Origin: an uncultured Candidatus Saccharibacteria bacterium
GTDB lineage: Bacteria; Patescibacteriota; Dojkabacteria; SC72
DNA length: 42,413 nt
NCBI GenBank assembly: GCA_964556955.1
Contig: CAZKXP010000001.1
Coordinates: 1-42,413 of the forward strand
Direction of reading: 5' to 3'
The position numbers were made by a program, and so were the translations under genes. Positions 1 through 7,944 of the stretch are shown here, piece by piece. Positions within the stretch are counted from its first letter, which is position 1. Each line of letters starts with the position of its first letter. The notes beneath the pieces are model-generated. The model saw only the letters and a list, made by a program, of their open reading frames with translations, was not told the DNA's origin and made no database searches.

Positions 1-939
1 GATAGTATTCAGTTGGAGATGCCTGTTGGTGATTTCGGAAGAATTGCTGCACAAACAGCAAAGCAGGTCATATTACAAAAAATGAGAGAATCAGAGAAGG
101 ATGCGGTATTGGTTGAATTCAATGATAAGGTTGGGGAGGTGTTCAGTGCTTTGATGCAGAGAATGCAAAAAGGACAGGTTGTTTTTGAGATTGGTAAAGC
201 TACTGCAACTATGCCACAGGAGGAGCAAATATCTAACGAATTCTACAGATTAGGCGAGAGATACAAAGTATTGTTGAAATCCATAGATGATGGGCAGATT
301 ATTGTTTCCAGAGCAGATCCTAAATTCTTAATTGAGCTTTTCAAATTAGAAGTTCCTGAGATTGAATCAGGTGTTGTAGAGATTAAGGCTGTAGCAAGAG
401 AAGCAGGTTCCAGAAGTAAGATCGCGGTGGTATCTCATCAAGATGGCGTGGACCCTATTGGTTCGTGTGTAGGTCAGAGAGGTATCCGTATTGCAAATGT
501 GATGAATGAGATTGGTGAAGAGAAGATTGATATCATTGAATGGGATGAGAGTCCAGAGAAGTTTGTTGCTAATGCATTGAGCCCAGCAAAAATCGCGTCC
601 GTAAAGATTGAAGAAGATACTGCTACTGTAACTGTTGATGAAGATCAGCTATCATTAGCTATTGGTAGAGAGGGGCAGAATGTCCGATTGGCATGGAAGT
701 TGACCGGATTCAAGATTGATATTGTCGGAAACGGGATCAACAAACCAGAAGAGAAGGTAGAAGTCACAGAAGACAATATAGTCGAAGAGAACGTAACAGA
801 AGAAGCTCCTGCACAAGACGTAATCGTAACAGAGGAGGCTCCCGCCGCTGAAGAGAATGTAACAGCAGAACCAAATACTACAGGAGAAGCCGTAGAGGAG
901 GGTCCTGTAGCAGAAGAAGCTACTTCTAAAGAGGAATAA
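1..939 (+). CDS. nusA: Transcription elongation/termination factor NusA (5-prime end cut by window edge)
   Basis: Frame is open from base 1 (listed ORF 13..939). FGRIAAQTAKQVILQK (S1 region), LFKLEVPEI, two KH modules (SRSKIAVVSHQDGVDPIGSCVGQRGIRI and LSLAIGREGQNVRLAWKLTGFKIDI). Ends in an acidic low-complexity tail with degenerate NVTEEAP repeats. Confidence 0.92.
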   Translation, partial: DSIQLEMPVGDFGRIAAQTAKQVILQKMRESEKDAVLVEFNDKVGEVFSALMQRMQKGQVVFEIGKATATMPQEEQISNEFYRLGERYKVLLKSIDDGQIIVSRADPKFLIELFKLEVPEIESGVVEIKAVAREAGSRSKIAVVSHQDGVDPIGSCVGQRGIRIANVMNEIGEEKIDIIEWDESPEKFVANALSPAKIASVKIEEDTATVTVDEDQLSLAIGREGQNVRLAWKLTGFKIDIVGNGINKPEEKVEVTEDNIVEENVTEEAPAQDVIVTEEAPAAEENVTAEPNTTGEAVEEGPVAEEATSKEE

Positions 940-955
940 TTTAAAAAGTTAAAAC

Positions 956-2497
956 ATGTCTAAGAAAAATGTCGGCACAACTCATGGATGTGGTCGAGTT
1001 CCAATCGTGACGATCTTGGGGCATGTTGATCATGGAAAGACTACAATCTTGGACAATATCCGAGAGAGCAATGTCCAAAGCTGTGAAGCGGGTGGTATTA
1101 CCCAGAAAGTATCTGCTTTCACAGTTAATGTTAAAGATGACAAGAAGATTACATTCATTGATACCCCAGGGCACGAAGCCTTTGATCTCATGAGATCTAG
1201 AGGTGGAAGTATTGCAGATATTGTTTTACTAATTGTCGCTGCAGATGATGGTGTACAACCACAGACAAAGGAATCCATCGAGATTATTAACAAATCCACA
1301 GCTAAACCAATCGTTGTCATTAACAAATGCGATTTACCAGATGTAAATCTTGAAAAAGTTAAAAGAGATATTGTTAACAATGGGTTGCAGGTAGAAGGTT
1401 TCGGAGGAAATATCCCAGTTATTGAGGTATCAGGTAAGACAGGGAAAAATATCCCTGAGCTTTTAGACCTAATCTTACTTGTTGCGGAGGTAGAGGGTTT
1501 GCAGGAAAGAGAAAATCTCCCAGAAGGTATCCTTGGTAAGGCATATGTGTTGGAATCAATTAAGGACAAGTCGAAGGGTAATGTTTCTACATTGGCTTTG
1601 ATACAGGGCCATATATGTGAAGGAGATCTCTTCGGATATCGTGTAGGAGAAGAATATTACATTGAGAAAGTTAAAGGAGTTATTGCTGAAGATGGTTGCG
1701 ATTTATGCTTGCTTGATTGTGGATGTGGAGGAAAAATACTTGGAGTATCCAATCTATTAGAATTAGGTACTGAGGTATTTGTCTTGACAGAGAAGGATGA
1801 AAAACTTTTGAGGTCTATGTACAAAGATGTTTCAAAGGAATCTCTAACAGAAGAGGAAGCGTTTGATGACTTTTTTGGTGATCAACAGGTTAGTAAAGAG
1901 AAGCTTTTCAATGTTATTGTTAAAAGTTCCTCAGAGGGTTCTCTTGAAGCTTTGAAAAATTCTTTAAGCAAAGTGGAGGAGGAAGGTTATGCTGTGAATA
2001 TTGTACAAGCTGGTGTTGGGAACATTACTTTGCAGGATGTAGAGATGGGGAGAGCATCTAAGGCTATTGTATTGGGATTTGAAGTTAGTATTGAGAATGG
2101 TGTTGCAGATTATGCTAAAAAGAACAAAGTATTGGTAAGAACCTACGATATTATCTATAAACTTCTAGAAGAGGTTACAGATGTTATCTCTATGATGTCA
2201 TTACCCCAAGATGCTGAAGAGGAGATAGGTAAAGCAAAAATTAAGGCGATATTTGTACTTTCAGATGGATCAAAAGTATTTGGTAGCCGGGTTGAAGAAG
2301 GTATCATGAAGAGAGATTGTAGGTGCGATATTGTACGAAATGATGAAATCATTAGTAGTGCAAAGATCAAATCCTTGAGAATTAACAAGGATGTAGTTAA
2401 CGAGGCCAAGTCTGGTTTTGATTGTGGTATATTGTTTGACTCAGGTGTTGAAGCTGTGGAGGGGGATGAGGTATACTGTTTTAAAGTGGCCAGATAA
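956..2497 (+). CDS. infB: Translation initiation factor IF-2, short form (513 aa)
   Basis: G domain begins about residue 15: GHVDHGKTT (G1), DTPGHEAF (G3), NKCD (G4, nt 1322..1333), VSGKTG (G5). Starts 16 nt after nusA as in nusA-infB operons. No long N-terminal region. Confidence 0.92.
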   Translation: MSKKNVGTTHGCGRVPIVTILGHVDHGKTTILDNIRESNVQSCEAGGITQKVSAFTVNVKDDKKITFIDTPGHEAFDLMRSRGGSIADIVLLIVAADDGVQPQTKESIEIINKSTAKPIVVINKCDLPDVNLEKVKRDIVNNGLQVEGFGGNIPVIEVSGKTGKNIPELLDLILLVAEVEGLQERENLPEGILGKAYVLESIKDKSKGNVSTLALIQGHICEGDLFGYRVGEEYYIEKVKGVIAEDGCDLCLLDCGCGGKILGVSNLLELGTEVFVLTEKDEKLLRSMYKDVSKESLTEEEAFDDFFGDQQVSKEKLFNVIVKSSSEGSLEALKNSLSKVEEEGYAVNIVQAGVGNITLQDVEMGRASKAIVLGFEVSIENGVADYAKKNKVLVRTYDIIYKLLEEVTDVISMMSLPQDAEEEIGKAKIKAIFVLSDGSKVFGSRVEEGIMKRDCRCDIVRNDEIISSAKIKSLRINKDVVNEAKSGFDCGILFDSGVEAVEGDEVYCFKVAR

Positions 2498-2509
2498 TCC
2501 TTATAGTGC

Positions 2510-2538
2510 TTGACATATGACCTATAAAATTATACAAT
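2510..2538 (+). promoter_or_regulatory. Candidate sigma70-type promoter for rpsO
   Basis: TTGACA (2510..2515), 17-nt spacer, TACAAT (2533..2538), 68 nt upstream of the rpsO ATG. Motif match only. Confidence 0.45.
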
Positions 2539-2606
2539 GACCCTTGTCCTATTTTCATGGACTATGCTTGTAATTAAAAAACCATAATGATAATCTAGAA
2601 TTAGAT

Positions 2607-2870
2607 ATGTCCTTAAGTACAGAAGAAAAGAAAACAACAATCAATAAGTATGGAATACATGACGGTGATACCGGTTCTCCTGAGGTACAAATTGCTTTAC
2701 TCTCTGCACAAATAGAGAAATTGAGTGAACATTTAAAGGATAACAAGAAGGATAATCATTCTAGAAGAGGGTTATTACAGATGGTTGGTAAGAGAAGAAG
2801 ATTGATACAGTATCTTAAAGATAGCAATAGCGAGAGATATAACGAATTATCAAAGAAATTAAAGGTGTAA
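2607..2870 (+). CDS. rpsO: 30S ribosomal protein S15
   Basis: 87 aa. [48 protein letters not shown] matches the S15 signature region. Precedes pnp as in the canonical rpsO-pnp pair. Confidence 0.95.
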   Translation: MSLSTEEKKTTINKYGIHDGDTGSPEVQIALLSAQIEKLSEHLKDNKKDNHSRRGLLQMVGKRRRLIQYLKDSNSERYNELSKKLKV

Positions 2871-2966
2871 TTACCTTTATCCTCTTTCTTTGTAAAAACT
2901 TTCCAAACAATATATATTAATTGACGTATATCGTCGAAATTTAAATTTTACAATAAAATAATTAAA

Positions 2967-5075
2967 ATGCTTTTTAAAGAAGTAAAACACGAGTTTGAAA
3001 TCGAAGGTAAGAAATGTACTTTCGAGACAGGTAAGCTAGCCCTGAGATCTGAATCTGCAATACTAGCAAGAATGGGAGATACAGTAATAACTGTAAACGT
3101 TAATACTGCAATTCCAAGAGAGTCTGCAGGATATTTTCCACTTTCAGTAGAATATATAGAAAAATTCTATGCGTCTGGCAAGATCAGTGGATCTAGATTT
3201 GTAAAAAGAGAGAGATTCCCAAGTGATGATGCGGTATTGAAGGCAAGAATGATTGATCGAGCCATAAGGCCAAGATTCCCTAAGGAATACATGAACGAGG
3301 TCAGCGTCATTGTAACAGTCATGTCATATGATGGAGAATGTGATCCTGTACTTCTAGCTATCAATGCTGTATCAGTAGCATTGATGTATTCATCTGCACC
3401 ATTCAATGGTCCTATCGCAGGTGTTCGAATGGGTATGGCAGAGGGTCAACCAAAGAGTATCCTCAAATCAATGGACTTAACATCCCCAGAAGAAAAGATG
3501 AACTATGTCGTAGCTGGTGATGGTGAGACATTCACAATGATCGACGCTGGATGCTATGAAGTTTCTGATGAAGAGATTGTCGGTAGCATGGAAGAATCTT
3601 TGAAATTAATGAAGCCATGGATTGATGCTCAAAATGGGTTCCTCTCTCAGTTAGAGATTAAACCCAAAGAATATCCCAAGCATGAGTTAGCAGAGGAACT
3701 ACTCTCGGGAATTAAAGAATTTTTGGGTGAAGAAAGAATTAAAACAAATCTTGTAAATGCTGATGAGAAAGCTCACGAAGCTACCAAGTCTGAACTGATT
3801 GAAAAATTTGGAGGGACATACAGCAATGCAGATATTGCAGAAGCATATGACTATCTTCAGAAGAAAGCACTTAGGAAGATTGTAGTAGAAGAGAATAAAA
3901 GAGTAGATGGTAGAGGAATTGATGAAATCAGAGAACTATACACAGAGGTAGATTTACTACCAAGAGTACATGGTTCTGCACTATTCACTAGAGGCGTAAC
4001 TCAAACTTTAACTATTGCAACATTGGGAAGTCTTCGAGATGTAAGATTGGTTGATGATATGGAGGGAGAGAGAGAGCAGAGATATATGCATTTTTACAAT
4101 GATTTACCATTCGCATATGGTACTTGTGAGAGAATTAAGTTCTCACCAAGTCGAAGAGCCATTGGTCATGGTATGTTAGCTGAGAAAGCATTAGTACCTG
4201 TAATCCCATCTGAGAAAGAATTCCCATACACCCTTTTGGTGATGAGTGAAATTCAAGGTGAGAATGGATCAAGTTCCATGGCATCTGTCTGTGGATCTAC
4301 AATGTCATTGATGGCGGCAGGGGTTCCAATTAGGAAACTAGTTGCAGGCATTGCTTGTGGGTTGGTTACATCCGAGGATGGAAGCTTCCAAGTACTTACA
4401 GATATGCAAGGTGTTGAAGATTTTTATGGTGATATGGATTTCAAGATTGCAGGAACAGCAGATGGTGTTACTGCTGTGCAGATGGATACCAAGACCCAAG
4501 GCCTATCTATGGATATTGTTAGGCAGACATTTAAACAATCTCATGAAGCAAGATTAAAGATCTTGGAGACAATGAGTCAGACTATTGGTGAAGCTCGAAC
4601 AACTTTGTCCGAATTCGCACCTAGAGTAGCTCAAGAGAAGGTTGCTGTTGATAAGATCGGTGAGATCATTGGGCCAGGAGGAAAGAATATTCGGGAACTT
4701 TCTGAAAGAACTGGGGCAGAGATAGAGATTGAAGAGGATGGTACAGTGAATATCTATGCTACCTCTCAAGCATCAATCGATGAAGCAGTTGCAATTATTA
4801 GAAAGTACGATTTCAAACCAGTAATAGGGGAGATATATGAAGGTAAGGTTGCATCCATAATGCCATATGGTGGATTTGTTGATCTTGCACCTGGAATCTC
4901 TGGATTGGTTCATGTTTCTGAGCTATCAGATGAATTTGTAAAAGATGTTAGAGCATTCATAAATGAGGGAGATATTGTTAAGGTCAAAGTTGTAGGCATA
5001 GACAATATGGGTAAGATCAAACTCAGTATGAAAGGTGTGGATGGTAAGAAGGAAGAAACCACTACTCAAGAGTAG
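2967..5075 (+). CDS. pnp: Polyribonucleotide nucleotidyltransferase (PNPase)
   Basis: 702 aa. Two RNase PH-like halves (GRGIDEIRELY, SRRAIGHG), KH (GPGGKNIRELSERTG) and S1 (GEIYEGKVASIMPYGGFVDL..GLVHVSEL) at the C-terminus. Confidence 0.95.
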   Translation: MLFKEVKHEFEIEGKKCTFETGKLALRSESAILARMGDTVITVNVNTAIPRESAGYFPLSVEYIEKFYASGKISGSRFVKRERFPSDDAVLKARMIDRAIRPRFPKEYMNEVSVIVTVMSYDGECDPVLLAINAVSVALMYSSAPFNGPIAGVRMGMAEGQPKSILKSMDLTSPEEKMNYVVAGDGETFTMIDAGCYEVSDEEIVGSMEESLKLMKPWIDAQNGFLSQLEIKPKEYPKHELAEELLSGIKEFLGEERIKTNLVNADEKAHEATKSELIEKFGGTYSNADIAEAYDYLQKKALRKIVVEENKRVDGRGIDEIRELYTEVDLLPRVHGSALFTRGVTQTLTIATLGSLRDVRLVDDMEGEREQRYMHFYNDLPFAYGTCERIKFSPSRRAIGHGMLAEKALVPVIPSEKEFPYTLLVMSEIQGENGSSSMASVCGSTMSLMAAGVPIRKLVAGIACGLVTSEDGSFQVLTDMQGVEDFYGDMDFKIAGTADGVTAVQMDTKTQGLSMDIVRQTFKQSHEARLKILETMSQTIGEARTTLSEFAPRVAQEKVAVDKIGEIIGPGGKNIRELSERTGAEIEIEEDGTVNIYATSQASIDEAVAIIRKYDFKPVIGEIYEGKVASIMPYGGFVDLAPGISGLVHVSELSDEFVKDVRAFINEGDIVKVKVVGIDNMGKIKLSMKGVDGKKEETTTQE

Positions 5076-5081
5076 CGGTTT

Positions 5082-5876
5082 TTAACTACCTATTACTTTT
5101 TGATTAATTTCCTTTTCGAGGGCGAGTCGTGCCTTTCGGGCTACACCACCTCCTTTTTTAGCGACCTCTTTATTCTCATCGAAAGTTTGGGGCTTTTTTC
5201 TTTGGGAAACCTCTTTTGTAGATGTTTCTGCTAGCATATTCAAGACTAATTCTAGATTTGTCATATGATCTCTCAGATTTTCTTTATTAAGCCCTTTCTT
5301 CTGTTTGAAAGTTTTTACGGACATATCTGACCACGCTTTTGTAATCTCATCTGTTAAAATTGCAAACTCTAGACCCTCCTTTACACCTCTTTCTTTCCAC
5401 TCATCTGTCAATTCTTTTCTGATCTCAATGCTCTTGAGTCTTTGGTTTATCCATTCTTTTGAATACCCTTTCTGAAGATATGTCTTCATTGCTCGATTAA
5501 ATGCTAATTCGGGGTCTTCTGTTTCTTCGATTCTTTCGTATCCAACCTTTGCTAACCAGATTTTAAAGGGTTCTGCTTTCGGAGATGGTATGGACTGAAT
5601 TAACCTAAGTAGTGTCTCCGTGTCTGCAACATCTGTTAAATATGTCTTGCCGTCAGAGGATTCTAGCCTCAGTTGGCGACAATTTGTAGCCAACTGACTT
5701 CCCTCCTGCTTTAGCCTTGTTTTTAGAACACTCCAGTATTTCCTTGGATTTATACTCTCAGTAAGTATCTGGATAATATCTATGATTGAGAAATACCAAA
5801 GCTCTTTCTTCTCATCCCACACCCTTCTAATTTGTTTTTTATTGAATATTGCTATCTTCTTTATATCTTCTTGCAT
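5082..5876 (-). CDS. Bro-N domain / DinD-like (DNA damage-inducible protein D family) protein
   Basis: 264 aa. N-terminal IRRVWDEKKELWYFSIIDIIQILTES..NPRKYWSVLKTRLKQEG resembles Bro-N/antirepressor-type domains. C-terminal KQKKGLNKENLRDHMTNLELVLNMLAETSTKEV resembles the DinD C-terminal region (recalled similarity, no search run). Confidence 0.55.
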   Translation of the reverse strand: MQEDIKKIAIFNKKQIRRVWDEKKELWYFSIIDIIQILTESINPRKYWSVLKTRLKQEGSQLATNCRQLRLESSDGKTYLTDVADTETLLRLIQSIPSPKAEPFKIWLAKVGYERIEETEDPELAFNRAMKTYLQKGYSKEWINQRLKSIEIRKELTDEWKERGVKEGLEFAILTDEITKAWSDMSVKTFKQKKGLNKENLRDHMTNLELVLNMLAETSTKEVSQRKKPQTFDENKEVAKKGGGVARKARLALEKEINQKVIGS

Positions 5877-5931
5877 GCTTAATTCTAACTATCAGAGAAA
5901 AAGAAAACAAGCTGGGATAAGGAGAAGTTAA

Positions 5932-6936
5932 TTAATTCTTCTTTATCTTAGCGATATAGAAACCCATCATCTTGCTGTTAGGAATGATTCTTAAAGTCTT
6001 CTTAACAGCAGGATTGTAATGATGACCACTCCATTTGGTAATACCACCCATCACATTCTTGTTGTTAATCTCTACGCCTAACTCTTCTACACTTGCATTA
6101 GAAAAATGCTCCAAAAGGTGTGTAACTACACCCTCATTCTCTTCAGGTTCTAATGTACATGTAGAGTAGACCATAGTACCGCCCTTCTTTAATGTTCTGA
6201 ATGCAGATACAACAAGATCCTTTTGAAGAAAACTACATCTTCTAATCTTCTCTAGACTCCAAAACCTCAAAGGTTTTTGTCCCTTCATATATATCATCCC
6301 TTCACCACTGCATGGGGCATCTAGAAGTACTCTGTCAAAATATTCTGGATACTTTCTTCCAAATTCAGTAGCATCACTCAATGTAGCTTTTGCGCTTTTT
6401 GCACCGAATTGCTCCAACACATTTCTTAGAGAATTAACTCTGCTTCTATCGGAATCATTTGCCAATATCTTTGCCTTGTTATTTGTTATCGCTGCAATAT
6501 GTGTAGTCTTACTTCCTGGGGCGGCACACATATCAAGAATATTTTCATCTTCTTTCGGATCTAAAACCAAAGTGTCTAGAATACTTGAGAGATTTTGAAT
6601 GTAGAATTTCCCATCTTGATATTCTTGAGTCTGAGATACCTCTGATTTGTCATGGTTTTTAATGAAATATGTATATCTGTCCCATTCAATCGGTTCTAAA
6701 TCATAACCTTTATCTTCGAGAAGTTTTTTAGTCTCTTCTATATCCCCCTTGAGAGGATTCAATCTAATTGTTGTGGTTGCTCTCTGGGAAAATATACCTA
6801 CTACTTTTTGCTTAGGTATCATTAAAATACTAGCGATTCTAGATGCAAATAGGTCTTCTTTGGTAAAGAATCTTTTTTTAGATTCTGGTTGTGGCTTCCT
6901 AGATTTTTTGAAATTACTTCTTGGTGGTTTTCTCAT
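5932..6936 (-). CDS. NOL1/NOP2/Sun-family RNA cytosine-C5 methyltransferase (RsmB/RsmF-like)
   Basis: 334 aa. SAM-MTase and catalytic motifs DMCAAPGSKTT, LLDAPCSGEG, YSTCTL. Start ATG overlaps the rsmE stop by 1 nt on the minus strand. Confidence 0.8.
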   Translation of the reverse strand: MRKPPRSNFKKSRKPQPESKKRFFTKEDLFASRIASILMIPKQKVVGIFSQRATTTIRLNPLKGDIEETKKLLEDKGYDLEPIEWDRYTYFIKNHDKSEVSQTQEYQDGKFYIQNLSSILDTLVLDPKEDENILDMCAAPGSKTTHIAAITNNKAKILANDSDRSRVNSLRNVLEQFGAKSAKATLSDATEFGRKYPEYFDRVLLDAPCSGEGMIYMKGQKPLRFWSLEKIRRCSFLQKDLVVSAFRTLKKGGTMVYSTCTLEPEENEGVVTHLLEHFSNASVEELGVEINNKNVMGGITKWSGHHYNPAVKKTLRIIPNSKMMGFYIAKIKKN

Positions 6937-7664
6937 TAGATATCTCCCTTAATATACTTAATTATACTTCCAATGACTAATCCTGCAGTCTCTGTTCTTA
7001 ATATATTCCCTTTTAATTTGAGAAATGTAAACTCCAATTCCTTAAACACTTCAATATCCGAAGAACTCCACCCCTTTTCAGGACCAATAGCTATATATAC
7101 TGGTTGGTCTGTTATTTGGAGTTCAGAGAGATATTTTGTATCTACATTCTCTGTAGCTAGGCAAAGCTTTAAAGAATTTGGCTCAAAGCTATATTTGGAA
7201 AGACCTTTAATATTTATTGGCTTCTCTACGATAGTAGGAAACTGTGTTCTGGATTGTTCTGTGGCATCTCTGACAATCTTGTTCCAAAGACCGTAGTCTT
7301 TTATTGCTTTGTTTTTGGTCCTTAGGGAATATTTCGCTTCTACTGGAATTATTTTCTCAATACCGATCTCTACACTTTTCTCTAGGAAGTAGTTAAACTT
7401 TGAGTCATTGGATAGGGACTGGATGATGGTGATACTTGGTGTGTATGCTTTTTCTCTTTGTCCTAATATCTCTAATATTTCTATCTCTACAGAGCTTCTT
7501 GATATATCTGTTATTTGTGCCAAATATCTATTCTCATATGTCTCTATCTCTACTACATCTTCGATTTTTGTAATTCCAGACTTAATTAAGAGTTCACTGT
7601 CCGAATCGGAGAGGTGAGCTATGTCTCCTACTGTTAATTTGTGTCTTACAAAATATTTTTGCAT
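6936..7664 (-). CDS. rsmE: 16S rRNA (uracil1498-N3)-methyltransferase RsmE-like
   Basis: 242 aa. SPOUT-type C-terminal motifs IAIGPEKGWS and ILRTETAG, plus ATEQSRTQFP, typical of RsmE. Confidence 0.8.
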   Translation of the reverse strand: MQKYFVRHKLTVGDIAHLSDSDSELLIKSGITKIEDVVEIETYENRYLAQITDISRSSVEIEILEILGQREKAYTPSITIIQSLSNDSKFNYFLEKSVEIGIEKIIPVEAKYSLRTKNKAIKDYGLWNKIVRDATEQSRTQFPTIVEKPINIKGLSKYSFEPNSLKLCLATENVDTKYLSELQITDQPVYIAIGPEKGWSSSDIEVFKELEFTFLKLKGNILRTETAGLVIGSIIKYIKGDI

Positions 7665-7680
7665 GTGGTGATTATACCAC

Positions 7681-7895
7681 GCCAGGCCATGGCCTGGCTT
7701 TGATTCATAGTTTGTTCATAATCACAAAACCTATTACAATGTACAGCCTTCTTGCGTCTCGAATATTTAATAGGTCATTCATTTTCAATATTTTGATGGT
7801 TGGTCTAGTAGAAAAGGGCAGTAGTACAAGGAGATGAGGTGATGAACTAGGTATGAACACAGGCCTGGCTATAGCCTGGCCTGATTGACATATTC
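7681..7895. repeat. Copy A of a 202-bp intergenic repeat bounded by GC-rich palindromes (MITE/PATE-like element or structured regulatory/ncRNA locus)
   Basis: Perfect 18-nt palindrome GCCAGGCCATGGCCTGGC (7681..7698). Near-palindrome AGGCCTGGCTATAGCCTGGCCT (7861..7882). The core aligns collinearly to 23651..23852. Fills the divergent rsmE / 7945-ORF spacer. Confidence 0.75.
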
Positions 7896-7944
7896 CCTAT
7901 TATTTTGTTTGATATATGTAGATAATATATGTAATCTGCTCTGA

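Noticed and set aside
1030-1569. Long antisense or alternate-frame ORFs inside conserved genes (e.g. 1030..1569, 9394..9786, 10443..10850, 15112..15558, 20113..20661, 20664..21122, 26234..26737, 31800..32318, 32384..32812, 33526..33882, 35140..35490)
   Set aside because: Each lies wholly inside or opposite a gene with strong homology or clear domain structure. None has a recognisable motif. They are expected shadow ORFs in AT-rich DNA.
2871-2966. tRNA, rRNA or other known small-RNA genes in the larger spacers (2498..2606, 2871..2966, 27498..27645, 40091..40228)
   Set aside because: I saw no cloverleaf-compatible arms and no T-loop (GTTCRA-type) or other conserved RNA motifs by eye. A tRNAscan/cmscan run would be the definitive check.
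7681-7882. GC-rich hairpins at the ends of the 202-bp repeat read as rho-independent terminators
   Set aside because: The flanking genes diverge from both copies, so nothing terminates there. Neither hairpin is followed by a T-run on either strand.
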